A stretch of 64,000 nucleotides of DNA, taken from contig DATHTR010000123.1 in the NCBI GenBank assembly GCA_035463095.1, positions 25,058 to 89,057 of the forward strand. Direction: 5' to 3'. The notes under the pieces were generated by a model. It made no database searches, was not told the DNA's origin, and was given only the letters and a program-made list of their open reading frames with translations. Position numbers and translations under genes: made by a program. Positions 48,457 to 59,956 of the stretch are shown here, one piece after another (position 1 is the first letter of the stretch; each line of letters begins with the position of its first letter). The stretch is from Candidatus Angelobacter sp. (GTDB lineage Bacteria; Chloroflexota; Limnocylindria; QHBO01).

Positions 48457-50595
48457 ATGGCGCTGAGAGTCTGGCGCGGCGATCCCTATCCGCTCGGCGC
48501 GACCTGGGACGGCTCGGGCGTGAACTTCGCGATCTTCAGCGAGCACGCCGAAGCCGTCGACCTGTGCCTGTTCGCCGCCGACGGCAGCGAGGAACGCGTG
48601 CGCCTGACCGAGCACACCGACCTCGTCTGGCACTGCTACCTGCCCGATGCGCGACCCGGACAGCGCTACGGCTACCGGGTCCACGGACCCTACGATCCCG
48701 GCAACGGGCACCGGTTCAACCCGAACAAGCTGCTCATCGACCCCTACGCCAAGCGGTTCGACGGCACGATCAGCTGGGACGACGCGCTGTTCGGCTACCG
48801 CATCGGCGCCACCGACGACGACCTCGAGCCGGACGAGCGGGACAGCGCCGGGTTCGTGCCGAAGTCGGTGGTGGTGAACCAGGCGTTCGTGTGGGGCGGC
48901 GACGCGCCGCCGCGCATCCCGCTCGATCGGTCGCTGATCTACGAGGTCCATGTCAAGGGCTTCACGCAGCTCCATCCCGACGTCCCCGAGGAGCTGCGCG
49001 GCACGTACGCCGGCATGGGATCGGCCGCCGCCATCGACTACCTGACCAATCTCGGCATCACTGCCGTCGAGCTGCTGCCGGTCCACCAGCACGTCAACGA
49101 CCGCCATCTCGTCGAGCGCGGCCTGAGCAACTACTGGGGCTACAACACGATCGGCTTCTTCGCGCCCGACGTCCGCTACTCGGCCACCGGCGAGCCGGTG
49201 AGCGAGTTCAAGACGCTGGTGAAGCGCTTCCACGACGCGGGCGTCGAGGTCATCCTCGACGTCGTCTACAACCACACCGGCGAGGGCAACCACCTCGGGC
49301 CGACGGTGAGCTTCCGGGGGGTCGACAACGCGGCCTACTACCGCCTGAGCCCCGAGGACCGCCGCTACTACGTCGACTACACCGGCACCGGCAACACGCT
49401 CAACGCCATGAGCCCTCGCGTCCTGCAGCTGATCATGGATTCGCTGCGCTACTGGGTCACCGAGATGCACGTCGACGGCTTCCGCTTCGACCTTGCCTCG
49501 GCCCTGGCGCGCGAGATGTACGACGTGGACAAGCTCGGCAGCTTCTTCGACATCATCCACCAGGACCCGATCATCAGCCAGGTCAAGCTCATCGCCGAGC
49601 CATGGGACGTCGGGCCCGGCGGCTACCAGGTCGGGAACTTCCCGGTCGGCTGGGCCGAGTGGAACGGCAAGTACCGCGACAGCGTGCGACGGTTCTGGAA
49701 GGGCATCGGCGGCCAGGCGGCCGAGCTCGGCTATCGGCTCAGTGGGAGCTCGGACCTGTATGCGGGCTCGGGCCGCATGCCGCACGCGAGCATCAACTTC
49801 GTCACCGCCCACGATGGGTTCACGCTCAACGACCTCGTCAGCTACGAGTCCAAGCACAACGAGGCGAACGGAGAGGACAACCGGGACGGCGACAACAACA
49901 ACGAGAGCATGAACTTCGGGGTGGAGGGAGAGACGGACGAAGAGGGCGTCATCGAGATCCGCGAGCGCCAGAAGCGGAACTTCCTCGCCACCCTGCTGCT
50001 CTCCCAGGGGGTGCCGATGCTCCTCGGGGGCGACGAGATCGGGCGGACCCAGCAGGGCAACAACAACGGGTACGCGCAGGACAACGAGATCAGCTGGTTC
50101 AGCTGGGACCTCAAGCGCCGCGACCGACAGCTGCTTGCCTTCACTCGATCCCTGATCCGACTCTTCCACCAGCACCCGGTCCTGCGCCGCCGCCGATTCT
50201 TCCAGGGACGCCAGATTCGCGGCTCGCGGGTCAAGGACCTGACCTGGTTCGGGCCCGATGGCGTGGAGATGACCGACGAGCAGTGGCAGGCGCCCGGGGT
50301 TCGCACGCTGGGCGTCCAGTACGCCGGCGATGCGATCGAGGAGCGCGGTCCGCGCGGCGAGCGCATCGCCGACGACACCCTTCTCGTGATCCTCAACGCC
50401 GACGACAGGCCGATCGCCTTCACCCTCCCGAACCACGAGGTCGCCAAGCGCTGGGAGGTGATCTTCGACACGGTTCACCCGACGTTCACCGCGGCCCACG
50501 GCGAGTTCGACGGGGGATCGGTCTACCGCGTGGCGGAGCGCTCGGTGGTGTGTCTGCGCCGCCTGCCGCGGGTCCGTCGCACATCGAGCGGCTGA
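48457..50595 (+). CDS. glgX: Glycogen debranching enzyme (GlgX/TreX)
   Basis: [28 protein letters not shown]...DGFRFDLA...EPWD...[11 protein letters not shown] at 48457 lies within ORF 48079..50595. Confidence 0.92.
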   Translation: MALRVWRGDPYPLGATWDGSGVNFAIFSEHAEAVDLCLFAADGSEERVRLTEHTDLVWHCYLPDARPGQRYGYRVHGPYDPGNGHRFNPNKLLIDPYAKRFDGTISWDDALFGYRIGATDDDLEPDERDSAGFVPKSVVVNQAFVWGGDAPPRIPLDRSLIYEVHVKGFTQLHPDVPEELRGTYAGMGSAAAIDYLTNLGITAVELLPVHQHVNDRHLVERGLSNYWGYNTIGFFAPDVRYSATGEPVSEFKTLVKRFHDAGVEVILDVVYNHTGEGNHLGPTVSFRGVDNAAYYRLSPEDRRYYVDYTGTGNTLNAMSPRVLQLIMDSLRYWVTEMHVDGFRFDLASALAREMYDVDKLGSFFDIIHQDPIISQVKLIAEPWDVGPGGYQVGNFPVGWAEWNGKYRDSVRRFWKGIGGQAAELGYRLSGSSDLYAGSGRMPHASINFVTAHDGFTLNDLVSYESKHNEANGEDNRDGDNNNESMNFGVEGETDEEGVIEIRERQKRNFLATLLLSQGVPMLLGGDEIGRTQQGNNNGYAQDNEISWFSWDLKRRDRQLLAFTRSLIRLFHQHPVLRRRRFFQGRQIRGSRVKDLTWFGPDGVEMTDEQWQAPGVRTLGVQYAGDAIEERGPRGERIADDTLLVILNADDRPIAFTLPNHEVAKRWEVIFDTVHPTFTAAHGEFDGGSVYRVAERSVVCLRRLPRVRRTSSG

Positions 50596-50623
50596 CCGGC
50601 ACGGGACCTGCGAGGAGCGGGTC

Positions 50624-53230
50624 GTGACCATCCCCCGAGCCACCTACCGCGTGCAGCTGCACGCCGGCTTCACGTTCGACGACGCGGCGGCGATCGTCCC
50701 GTACCTGGGCCGCCTCGGCATCAGCCACCTCTACACCTCGCCGATCCTGCAGGCTGCGCCCGGATCGATGCACGGCTACGACGTGATCGATCATTCGCGC
50801 GTCAACGTCGAGCTGGGCGGCCACGACGGCCTCGACCGACTGGCCGATGCGCTGCGCGCGCACGGCATGGGGCTCGTCCTCGACGTGGTGCCGAACCACA
50901 TGGCCATCGTCGAGGGCAACCGATGGTGGTGGGACGTGCTCGAGCACGGTCCATCCTCCCGCTACGCCGGGCACTTCGACGTCGACTGGGATCCGCCCGA
51001 GGCTCGCCTGCGCAACGTCATCCTGCTGCCGATCCTGGCCGACCACTACGGACGCGTGCTCGAGGCGGGGGACATCCGGCTCGCGCGCCGTGCGGGCCGG
51101 CTGACGGTCGAGGTCGCCGATCGGTCGCTGCCCGTCGATCCACGCTCCGCCGGCCCGCTGGTCGCCGACGCCGCCGCGGCGGCAGCGTCGGACGAGCTGG
51201 GGTTCATCGGGACCGCGCTCGCGGAGCTGCCGCCCTCGACGGCGTCCGATCCCGCGGACCTGGGGCGGCGACAGCGGGACGCCGACGTGCTCGGCGCACG
51301 CCTCGACGAGCTCAGCGCCGACCCGGACCTCGCTCGCGCCCTCGATGCCACGATCCGGGCGGCGAACGCGGACCATGACCGGCTGGACGCGCTGCTGGAG
51401 GAGCAGAACTACCGCCTCGCCCTGTGGCGCTCCGCCTCTCGCGACCTGGGCTATCGGCGCTTCTTCGACATCGACGAGCTCATCGGGCTGCGCATGGAGG
51501 AGGAGGCGGTCTTCCGCGACACGCATGCCCTCGTGCTGGAGTGGCTCGCCTCCGGGCGGGTGGACGGGGTCCGGATCGACCACCCTGACGGCCTGCGCGA
51601 CCCCGCCGGCTACTTCCGCCGGCTTCGCGACGCCGCGCCGGAGGCGTGGATCGTGGCCGAGAAGATCCTCGAGGCCAATGAGCCGCTTCCGGCCGACTGG
51701 CCGATCGACGGCACGACCGGCTACCGCTTCGCGAACCTGGCGACGGGGGTCCTGGTCGATCCGGCCGGCCAGCCCGAGCTGGACCGGCTCTGGGCCGAGC
51801 ATGCAGACGCAGGACCGGACTGGGAGGAGATCGTGACCGGGGCGCGCGCGGAGGTGCTGTCCAACGTCCTCGGATCCGACGTGAACCGCCTGACGGACCT
51901 GTTCCTGGCGGTGTGCGAGGCGAATCGTCGCTACCGAGACTTCACGCGGCACGAGCTTCACCACGCCCTCCGCGAGGTCGCCGCCGCGCTGCCGGTCTAC
52001 CGGACCTACCTTCGTGCGCGGGACCGGTACCGTCCGGCGCGCGACCTGGAGCTCATCGACGCCGCGGTGGCGACGGCCACCGAGCGGCGGGCGGACCTCG
52101 ACCCGGACCTGTTCGCCTTCCTCGGACGAATCCTTCGGCTCGACGAGCCGGGCCGCCTCGCCGGCGAGCTGGCGATGCGCTTCCAGCAGCTCACGCCGGC
52201 GGCGATGGCCAAGGGGGTGGAGGACACCGCCTTCTACCGCCACCACCGGCTCATCGCCCTCAACGAGGTTGGCGGCGATCCGGGCCGCTTCGGCACGAGC
52301 GTTCCCGCGTTCCACGAGGCGATGGCATCGCTGCAGGCGCACTGGCCGAACGCGATGCTCGCCCTGTCGACGCACGATACGAAGCGCAGCGCCGATGTCC
52401 GAGCCCGCCTCGCACTGCTCGCCGTCGACCCGGCCGGCTGGGGCGACGCCGTGACGCGACTCGAGGCCGCGGCGGCCCCGCATCGCGCCGGACCCGACCT
52501 GCCCGCCGACGCCGATTGCTACCTCTTCTTCCAGGCCGTGGTCGGCGCCTGGCCGATCGACGCCGAACGTGCCGCGACCTACCTCGCCAAGGCGACCCAC
52601 GAGGCCAAGCTGCGCACGTCGTGGACCGATCCGGATCCGGAGTACGACGCGGCCGTCGACCGATTCGTGCGCGGAGCGCTCGGCGAGCCCGCCTTCGTGG
52701 ACGCGGTCGAGGACGTGGTCGCCGCACTGGTTCCGGCGTCCCGCCGGGCTGCCCTCGTGCAGGTGGCCCTCGAGCTCACCGCCCCCGGCGTGCCGGACAG
52801 CTACCAGGGCAGCGAGCTGTGGGAGCTGGCGCTCGTCGACCCGGACAACCGGCGGCCGGTCGACTTCGATGAGCGCTCGCGCACGCTGGCCGACGTCGAG
52901 ACCTGCTCTGCCACCGATGCCTGGGCGCGCGCGGATGATGGGCTGCCGAAGCTGTGGCTGCTCCATCGGCTCCTGGACCTGCGCCGGCGCCGGCCCGAGG
53001 CGTTCGACGGTGACTATCGCCCGTTGCCCGTCGCCGACGGGACGCTCGGGTTCTCGCGCGGCGACGCGGTCGTCGTGCTGGCCGGCATCCGGCCGCCGGT
53101 CGCCGGGTCGGTGGTCGAGCTGCCCGCTGGGCAGTGGCGAGATCTCGACGGACGAACATGGACGGCAGCCGTGCCAGTGGCTGAGCTCCTGGCTCCGCTC
53201 GGGGTGTCCGTCCTGGAGCGCGCGTCGTGA
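50624..53230 (+). CDS. treY: Malto-oligosyltrehalose synthase
   Basis: ATYRVQLHAGFTFDDAAAIVPYLGRLGISHLYTSPIL...GVRIDHPDGL. GTG start. Confidence 0.9.
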   Translation: MTIPRATYRVQLHAGFTFDDAAAIVPYLGRLGISHLYTSPILQAAPGSMHGYDVIDHSRVNVELGGHDGLDRLADALRAHGMGLVLDVVPNHMAIVEGNRWWWDVLEHGPSSRYAGHFDVDWDPPEARLRNVILLPILADHYGRVLEAGDIRLARRAGRLTVEVADRSLPVDPRSAGPLVADAAAAAASDELGFIGTALAELPPSTASDPADLGRRQRDADVLGARLDELSADPDLARALDATIRAANADHDRLDALLEEQNYRLALWRSASRDLGYRRFFDIDELIGLRMEEEAVFRDTHALVLEWLASGRVDGVRIDHPDGLRDPAGYFRRLRDAAPEAWIVAEKILEANEPLPADWPIDGTTGYRFANLATGVLVDPAGQPELDRLWAEHADAGPDWEEIVTGARAEVLSNVLGSDVNRLTDLFLAVCEANRRYRDFTRHELHHALREVAAALPVYRTYLRARDRYRPARDLELIDAAVATATERRADLDPDLFAFLGRILRLDEPGRLAGELAMRFQQLTPAAMAKGVEDTAFYRHHRLIALNEVGGDPGRFGTSVPAFHEAMASLQAHWPNAMLALSTHDTKRSADVRARLALLAVDPAGWGDAVTRLEAAAAPHRAGPDLPADADCYLFFQAVVGAWPIDAERAATYLAKATHEAKLRTSWTDPDPEYDAAVDRFVRGALGEPAFVDAVEDVVAALVPASRRAALVQVALELTAPGVPDSYQGSELWELALVDPDNRRPVDFDERSRTLADVETCSATDAWARADDGLPKLWLLHRLLDLRRRRPEAFDGDYRPLPVADGTLGFSRGDAVVVLAGIRPPVAGSVVELPAGQWRDLDGRTWTAAVPVAELLAPLGVSVLERAS

Positions 53231-54945
53231 CCGGGGCGCGCATCCGCGTCTGGGCGCCCCGACCCGACCGCGTGGATCTGGTGGTCGGCGGCGAGCGCCG
53301 GGCGATGGAGCCGGAGGACGGCGGCTGGTGGGCGTCCGCGGATGTGCTTCCGGCCGGGACGGACTACGCCTTCAGCCTGGACGGAGGCCCGTCGCGACCG
53401 GACCCACGATCACCGTGGCAGCCGCACGGCATCCACGGACCGTCCCGCACGGTCGACCACGCCGCGTTCGACTGGACGGATGCCGGGTGGGACGCCCCGC
53501 CGCTGGCCGATGCCGTCATCTACGAGGCACATGTCGGCACCTTCTCCCCGGAGGGCACGTTCGACGGAGCCATCAGCCGGCTCGACGCGATCGTCGATCT
53601 CGGCGTCACCCATCTCGAGCTCATGCCGGTGGCCGAGTTCGGCGGTGCTCGCGGCTGGGGGTACGACGGCGTCGACCTGTTCGCGCCGCACGACGCGTAC
53701 GGCGGGCCGGACGGCCTGAAACGACTGGTGGACGCGGCTCACTCGCGCGGCCTGGCCGTGCTGATCGACGTCGTGTACAACCACCTCGGCCCGGCGGGCA
53801 ACTACCTGTCCGAGTTCGGTCCGTACTTCAGCACGAAGTACGCCACGCCGTGGGGAGCTGCCGTGAACTTCGACGAGGCCGGGAGCCACGAGGTGCGACG
53901 CTTCGTGGTCGACCACGCGCTCCACTGGCTGCGCGACTACCACGCCGACGGCCTGCGCATCGACGCCATGCAGGCGATCCTCGACATGAGCGCGATCCAC
54001 ATCGGCGAGGAGATCGCGACCGCGGTGCACGGCCTCGGCGAGGCGCTGGGCCGCCGGCTGGTCGTCACCGCCGAGTCCGATCTCAACGACCCGCGGCTCG
54101 TCCGCCCGCCCCGCGTCGGCGGCTACGGCATGGATGCCGTCTGGGCCGATGACGTCCACCACGCCCTGCACGCCGCCCTGACCGGCGAGACGGCCGGATA
54201 CTACGCCGACTTCGCCGCGCCCGATGCGCTGCCGCGCTCGCTGCACGACCCGTATCTCTATGCGGGGAACTACGCGCCGTCCCGGGATCGCCGCCACGGC
54301 CGGCCTGCCGGCGAGCTGCCCGGCGACCGGTTCGTCGCCTGCCTCCAGAATCACGACCAGGTCGGCAACCGCGCGCTCGGGGACCGCATCGGGCAGATCG
54401 CGTCCCCCGGCCGCGCCCGGATCGGAGCCGCGCTGCTGCTCATCGGCCCGTACGTGCCGCTCCTGTTCGCCGGAGAGGAATGGAGCGCGTCCACCCCGTT
54501 CCTGTACTTCACCGACCACGCTGATCCGGAGCTCCGCCGCGCGGTCCGCGATGGCCGGCGTCGGGAGTTCGCCCACTTCGGCTGGGATCCCGAGTCGGTC
54601 CCGGATCCGCAGGACCCTGCCACGTTCGCCGCATCCGTCCTCGACTGGGCGGAACGCGATCGCGAGCCGCACGCCGGGTTGCTGCGCTGGTACCGGGAGC
54701 TCATCGCCGTTCGCCGCGAGCTGCCCGAGCTGCGGGATGGGGATCGGTCCGCCGTCCGCGTCACCGGCGACGCCACCAGCCTGCTCCAGGTGGTGCGCGG
54801 TCGCGTTCGGATCGCCGCCAACCTCGGGCCCGAGCCGGCGGAGGTGGCGATCACCGGCCAGGTCCGGCTTGCCTGGCCGGCCGATGTGCTGTCGGATCGC
54901 GGGCTTCTCCTGCCGCCCGATGGCGTCATCATCACGGTCGGATGA
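53227..54945 (+). CDS. treZ: Malto-oligosyltrehalose trehalohydrolase
   Basis: IYEAHVGTFSPEGTF...GLRIDAMQAI...CLQNHDQVGNR. GTGA overlap with treY. Confidence 0.9.
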   Translation: MTGARIRVWAPRPDRVDLVVGGERRAMEPEDGGWWASADVLPAGTDYAFSLDGGPSRPDPRSPWQPHGIHGPSRTVDHAAFDWTDAGWDAPPLADAVIYEAHVGTFSPEGTFDGAISRLDAIVDLGVTHLELMPVAEFGGARGWGYDGVDLFAPHDAYGGPDGLKRLVDAAHSRGLAVLIDVVYNHLGPAGNYLSEFGPYFSTKYATPWGAAVNFDEAGSHEVRRFVVDHALHWLRDYHADGLRIDAMQAILDMSAIHIGEEIATAVHGLGEALGRRLVVTAESDLNDPRLVRPPRVGGYGMDAVWADDVHHALHAALTGETAGYYADFAAPDALPRSLHDPYLYAGNYAPSRDRRHGRPAGELPGDRFVACLQNHDQVGNRALGDRIGQIASPGRARIGAALLLIGPYVPLLFAGEEWSASTPFLYFTDHADPELRRAVRDGRRREFAHFGWDPESVPDPQDPATFAASVLDWAERDREPHAGLLRWYRELIAVRRELPELRDGDRSAVRVTGDATSLLQVVRGRVRIAANLGPEPAEVAITGQVRLAWPADVLSDRGLLLPPDGVIITVG

Positions 54946-56759
54946 CCGAGCCGATCGTCGCGACCGAGTACACCGACGCCTTCCGCCGCCGACGAGCCGT
55001 CTCCCCCGAGGCGCGCGCGTCGGTCCTGGCCGCAATGGGCCTCGCCGAGGGCGAGGAGGTCCCGAACGCGCCGCATGCGGCCGTCGTGTCGCGGGGGGCG
55101 GCGCTCCCCGCGCCCGGCGAGCTGATCCTCGAGGATGGCACCGCTCTCGGCCGGCTCGCGGCGTTGCCGCCGGACTGCCCGTACGGCTACCACCACCTCC
55201 ACCGGGACGATGGGATCGATCAGCTGCTGATCGCGGGGCCCCGTGGCTGCCATCTGCCGGCCGGTCTGCGCGAGTGGGGCTGGTCGCTGCAGCTCGCTGC
55301 CACCCGCTCCCAGCACAGCTGGGGGATCGGCGACCTCGACGACCTCCGCAGGCTGGCATCGTGGTCCGCCGGCCGTGGCGCGGGCTTCGTGTCGGTCAGC
55401 CCGCTCGGGGCGCCGAACCCCGGTCCATCCCCTGAGCCGAGCCCGTATTACCCGAGCACGCGTCGGTTCGGGAGCCTGCTTCACGTTGCCATCGACCCGA
55501 TCGCGGTCGAGCGTCCTCGTGTCGGCATCTCGGACCTCGCGCAGCGTGCGCATGCCCTGAACGCGGAACGGCGAATCGAGCGCGACACGGCCCTGGCCCT
55601 GAAGATGGCGGCGCTGGAGCGCCTCTGGGCCGATGGCGCGGCAGACGACCCGCGGTTCCATGCCTGGCGCGCCGAGCAGGGCGCGCCGCTCGAGCGCTGG
55701 GCGACGTTCGCGGTCCTCACCGAGCGTCACGGCCCGGGGTGGCAGGGGTGGCCGGGCGAGGTCCGCTCGCCGCGCGGACGGGCCGTGGCCGATGCCGCGG
55801 CCTCCGCCCGCGACCGGGTCGCGTTCCACGCCTGGGTCCAGTGGTGGTTCGACCGCCAGCTGGCCGCCGCATCCGAGCCTCTGCGCCGGCTGGCCGACAT
55901 GCCGGTCGGCGTCGATCCGGGCGGCTTCGACGCGTGGGACTGGCAGGAGCACCTGGCCATCGGCGCCTCGGTCGGAGCGCCACCGGATCGGTTCAACACC
56001 GCGGGCCAGGACTGGGGTCTGCCGCCGTTCATCCCGCATCGGCTGCGCGAGGCGCACTACCGGCCGTTCATCGACACCATACGCGCCCAGCTCAGACACG
56101 CCGGCGGCCTGCGCATCGACCACGTGCTCGGCCTCTTCCGCCAATGGTGGGTGCCCGGGACCCTGGGTCCGGGGAACGGCGCCTACGTCCAGCAGCCGAC
56201 CGATGAGCTGCTGGCCATCGTCGCGCTCGAGTCGCACCGTGCGCGGGCAGTGATCGTCGGCGAGGATCTGGGGACGGTGCCGCGCGGCGTGCGGGCAGAG
56301 CTGCGCCGCCGACGCCTGCTCTCGACGCGGCTCGTGCTCTTCGAGCGCGTGCCGCCATCACGCTATCCGCGTCAGGCGCTGGCGGCGGTCACGACCCACG
56401 ACCTGCCGACGATCGCCGGGGCGCTGTCGGGCCGCGACCTCGAGGACCAGCGCGCGGCCGGCATCGAGGCCGATCCGGAGAGCCTCGCGCTGCTGCGTGG
56501 CCGGCTCCTCGCCGCGGCCGCCGTCCCGGATGCGACCTCCCGCGCGGTCTCGCTGGGAGTGCATCGAGCGCTCGCCGCTTCCGCCTCCGTCCTGGTGGCT
56601 GCCACGCTCGAGGACGCGCTCGGGGTCGAGGAGCGGGTCAACCAGCCCGGAACGGTTGCCCCGCAGCGGGACAACTGGAACCTGGCGTTGCCCCGGTCGC
56701 TGGAGGACGTCGCCACCGACCCGGCCGTCGCCGATCTCGCGGCCGCGCTCCGTCGCTGA
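54942..56759 (+). CDS. malQ: 4-alpha-glucanotransferase (amylomaltase)
   Basis: SWGIGDLDDLRRL...GGLRIDHVLGLFRQWW...IVGEDLGTVP. ATGA overlap with treZ. Confidence 0.88.
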   Translation: MTEPIVATEYTDAFRRRRAVSPEARASVLAAMGLAEGEEVPNAPHAAVVSRGAALPAPGELILEDGTALGRLAALPPDCPYGYHHLHRDDGIDQLLIAGPRGCHLPAGLREWGWSLQLAATRSQHSWGIGDLDDLRRLASWSAGRGAGFVSVSPLGAPNPGPSPEPSPYYPSTRRFGSLLHVAIDPIAVERPRVGISDLAQRAHALNAERRIERDTALALKMAALERLWADGAADDPRFHAWRAEQGAPLERWATFAVLTERHGPGWQGWPGEVRSPRGRAVADAAASARDRVAFHAWVQWWFDRQLAAASEPLRRLADMPVGVDPGGFDAWDWQEHLAIGASVGAPPDRFNTAGQDWGLPPFIPHRLREAHYRPFIDTIRAQLRHAGGLRIDHVLGLFRQWWVPGTLGPGNGAYVQQPTDELLAIVALESHRARAVIVGEDLGTVPRGVRAELRRRRLLSTRLVLFERVPPSRYPRQALAAVTTHDLPTIAGALSGRDLEDQRAAGIEADPESLALLRGRLLAAAAVPDATSRAVSLGVHRALAASASVLVAATLEDALGVEERVNQPGTVAPQRDNWNLALPRSLEDVATDPAVADLAAALRR

Positions 56760-56865
56760 CCCATCCGGCGGGCATGGTCAGCGTGAACGAGCATCGTGCG
56801 CGACGAGGCGCGCTGGTGAGTCTGATCGGCGGAGAACGATCGGCGCGATCGGCTCGCGTCGAAGC

Positions 56866-59052
56866 TCAGGCGGGACGCAGGATCACGCCGGCGAGCGGCG
56901 GAAGCGTCAATGTCGCCGACGCGGGCTGCCCGTGCCACGCCTCCTCGAACGCCTCCACCCCGCCCAGGTTGCCGACGTTCGAGCCGCCGTAGTGCTCCGA
57001 GTCGGAATTGAGCGCCTCGACCCAGCGACCGGCCAGCGGAAGGCCCAGCCGGTAGTCCGACCGCGGGATCGGCGTGAGGTTGAGCAGCACCACGCACGTG
57101 TCCCCCTCGCCGCGGCGGATCCAGGAGTACACGCTGCCCTCGACATCGGAGGCATCGATCCAGGCGAAGCCATCGGGCTCGTGATCGGCGGCCCACAGCG
57201 CGGGCATCTCCCGGTACGTCCGTCCGAGGTCCTCGACGAAGCGGGCCATGCCGCCGTGCATCGGCTCCGCGAGCAGGTGCCAGGGGAGCGCGCGATCGTG
57301 CGACCACTCCTCCCACATCCCGAGCTCGGCGCCCATGAACAGCAGCTTCTTCCCGGGCTGGCCCCACATGTTCACCATGAGCGCCCGGAGATTGGCGAAG
57401 CGCTGCCAGTCGTCGCCGGGCATCTTGCGCAGCAGCGACCCCTTGCCGTGCACCACCTCGTCGTGGGACAGCGGCAGCACGAAGTGCTCGGTGTCCTTGT
57501 ACAGGGCGCGGAAGGTGAGCTTGTCGTGGTGGAAGCGCCGATGGACCGGGTCCTCGCTGAAGTACTTCAGCGTGTCGTGCATCCAGCCCATGTCCCACTT
57601 GAAGCCGAAGCCGATGCCGCCCAGGTACGTCGGCCGGGTGATGCCCGGGAAGGCGGTCGACTCCTCGGCGATGGTCACGACACCCGGGAATCGTGCATAG
57701 ACCCGCTCGTTCGTCTCGCGCAGGAACGCCATCGCCTCGAGGTTCTCGCGTCCCCCGTGGACGTTCGGGGTCCACTCGCCGGCCTTGCGGCTGTAATCGA
57801 GGTAGAGCATCGAGGCCACCGCGTCGACCCGCAGCCCGTCGATGTGGTAGCGATCGAGCCAGAACAGCGCGTTCGACACGAGGAAGTTGCGCACCTCGGG
57901 CCGGCCGAAGTCGAAGATGAGCGTGCCCCAGTCCGGGTGCTCGCCACGAGAGGGGTCGGCGTGCTCGTACAGCGGCGTGCCGTCGAAGCGGCGCAGGGCG
58001 AAGTCGTCGGTCGGGAAGTGGGCCGGCACCCAGTCGACGATGACCCCGATGTGGGCGTTGTGAAGGATGTCGACCATGGCCGCGAAGTCGTCGGGCGATC
58101 CGAATCGCGCGGTCGGGGCGAAATAGCCGGTGACCTGGTAGCCCCACGAGCCGTCGAACGGGTGCTCGGCCACGGGCATGAGCTCGACGTGGGTGAAGCC
58201 GAAGCGGCGGCAGTGCTCGACCAGCTTCTCGGCCGCCTGCCGGTAGCCGAGCCACGAGCCATCGTCGTTGCGCATCCAGGAGCCGAGGTGGACCTCGTAG
58301 GTCGCCATCGGTGACCGATATGCATCGCGCGACGCGCGCTCGGTCATCCAGGCGTCGTCGGTCCATGCGAAGGCCGATGGATCCCAGACCCGCGACGCCG
58401 TCTCGGGTCGGACCTGCATGGCGAACGCGAACGGATCGGCCTTGAGGCGCAGCGTGCCATCCCGCCCGAGCACCTCGAACTTGTAGAGCTCGCCGGGCCC
58501 GATGTCGGGGACGAACAGCTCCCACACGCCCGAGGCGCCCATGGAGCGCATCGGAAGCAGGCGCCCATCCCAGCGGTCGAAGTCGCCGACGATGCGGACG
58601 CTCCGCGCGTTCGGCGCCCAGACCGCGAAGCTCACGCCCTCCGCGCCCTCGTGGGTGCGCGGGTGCGCGCCGAGGATGTCGTACAGCCGCTCGTGGGTTC
58701 CCTCGCCGATGAGGTGGAGGTCGACCTCGCCGAGGGAGGGCCCGAAGCGGTACGGATCCTCGCGCTCCCAGGTGTTGCCGTCGGAAAAGGTGAAGCGCAC
58801 GCGGTAGCGGAACTGGCCTGGCGCCAGGTCGTTGACGAGGCCGGCCCACAGGCCGTCGCCGAGCGCCTCCATGGGCTGGAGGCCGCCGTTCGGCGCGACG
58901 AGGGCAGCCTCGGAGGCGTCGGGGTGAAAGGCGCGGACCACCGTGCCGCCGACTGCCGGGTGGGCGCCGAGGACCGCGTGCGGGTCGTGGTGCTCGCCGC
59001 GCGCGAGGCGATCGAGCTCGGCGTCGGGCGGTCGCAGATCTGGAAAGCTCAT
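56866..59052 (-). CDS. glgB: 1,4-alpha-glucan branching enzyme
   Basis: [12 protein letters not shown]...DWVPAHFP...[13 protein letters not shown]...[12 protein letters not shown] at 59052 (MSFPDL) is preferred. ATG 59064 and ATG 59085 are alternatives. Confidence 0.92.
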   Translation of the reverse strand: MSFPDLRPPDAELDRLARGEHHDPHAVLGAHPAVGGTVVRAFHPDASEAALVAPNGGLQPMEALGDGLWAGLVNDLAPGQFRYRVRFTFSDGNTWEREDPYRFGPSLGEVDLHLIGEGTHERLYDILGAHPRTHEGAEGVSFAVWAPNARSVRIVGDFDRWDGRLLPMRSMGASGVWELFVPDIGPGELYKFEVLGRDGTLRLKADPFAFAMQVRPETASRVWDPSAFAWTDDAWMTERASRDAYRSPMATYEVHLGSWMRNDDGSWLGYRQAAEKLVEHCRRFGFTHVELMPVAEHPFDGSWGYQVTGYFAPTARFGSPDDFAAMVDILHNAHIGVIVDWVPAHFPTDDFALRRFDGTPLYEHADPSRGEHPDWGTLIFDFGRPEVRNFLVSNALFWLDRYHIDGLRVDAVASMLYLDYSRKAGEWTPNVHGGRENLEAMAFLRETNERVYARFPGVVTIAEESTAFPGITRPTYLGGIGFGFKWDMGWMHDTLKYFSEDPVHRRFHHDKLTFRALYKDTEHFVLPLSHDEVVHGKGSLLRKMPGDDWQRFANLRALMVNMWGQPGKKLLFMGAELGMWEEWSHDRALPWHLLAEPMHGGMARFVEDLGRTYREMPALWAADHEPDGFAWIDASDVEGSVYSWIRRGEGDTCVVLLNLTPIPRSDYRLGLPLAGRWVEALNSDSEHYGGSNVGNLGGVEAFEEAWHGQPASATLTLPPLAGVILRPA

Positions 59053-59074
59053 CGGTCGAACCATACGCCGATGA

Positions 59075-59956
59075 TCACCGCACATTCCGTGCGAGGCGAA
59101 CCTCGAGGCGAAGATCGAGCGCCAGGTCGGCGCCGGGAGCGAGGAGCACCGGGGCGTCCGGCTCGCCGTGCGCCAGGCGTCGCAGCGGGTCCGGGCCGTG
59201 GGTCTGCGGCTCGACCGCCACCGCGCCCAGGTCGGCGGGGCTGGCGAGCGCGACGTTCAGCGCGCCGGCCGCCGTCGCCGCCGTGAGCGTCGCCTCGATC
59301 CCGAGCCCGGGCCACGCGATGACGACCTCCGGGCGGCGGAGGCCGGTCCACGTCGCATCGAGGTCGCGCGTCGGCCGGGCACGAGTGGACAGGTCGAGCC
59401 CGCCGGCGACGGGCTCCGGGTCAGCGGGTGAGTCAGTGTTCGCGCGGTAGGCCGCTCGAGCCGGGATCGCGACCTCGAGCGGCGCGACGAACCACGGATG
59501 GAGGCCGAGGCCGGCCGGCATCGGCGCGTCGGCACGATTCGTGAGCCGGTACCCCAGCGTCACTGCCGCGCTCCCCACGGTCGCGTTCAGCGCTACCCCG
59601 AACGGCCACGGCCAGGCCGGGTCGTCCACCTCGACCGAGAGCCGTCCCAGCCCGGCGATCTGCCACGGGACATCGGACACGAGGCCATGGATCGCCGATC
59701 CGTCCGGGAAGTTCGCCGCGAGGTCCACGCGGCGACCGGCGACCCGGTGAGATCCGGCACGCGCGCGGTTGCACCACGGCGCCATCGGGTAGGCGCCCCA
59801 GAAGAACCCCTCGGACGCGTGGATCCGGGGGTGCGGCGGCGTGCGGAGCAGGTCGTGACCGAATGCCCGGATCCGATGCAGTCGCCCACCGAGCGCGGGC
59901 AGCAGCTCGACGACGAGGTCGCCGCTGCCCAGCGTGACGAGATCAGGGGCGGTCAC
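59075..59956 (-). CDS. Aldose 1-epimerase (galactose mutarotase-like) family protein
   Basis: [20 protein letters not shown]...GSAIHGLV...GLGLHPWF is the family pattern. The GTG start overlaps the upstream stop (GTGA). Confidence 0.7.
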   Translation of the reverse strand: MTAPDLVTLGSGDLVVELLPALGGRLHRIRAFGHDLLRTPPHPRIHASEGFFWGAYPMAPWCNRARAGSHRVAGRRVDLAANFPDGSAIHGLVSDVPWQIAGLGRLSVEVDDPAWPWPFGVALNATVGSAAVTLGYRLTNRADAPMPAGLGLHPWFVAPLEVAIPARAAYRANTDSPADPEPVAGGLDLSTRARPTRDLDATWTGLRRPEVVIAWPGLGIEATLTAATAAGALNVALASPADLGAVAVEPQTHGPDPLRRLAHGEPDAPVLLAPGADLALDLRLEVRLARNVR

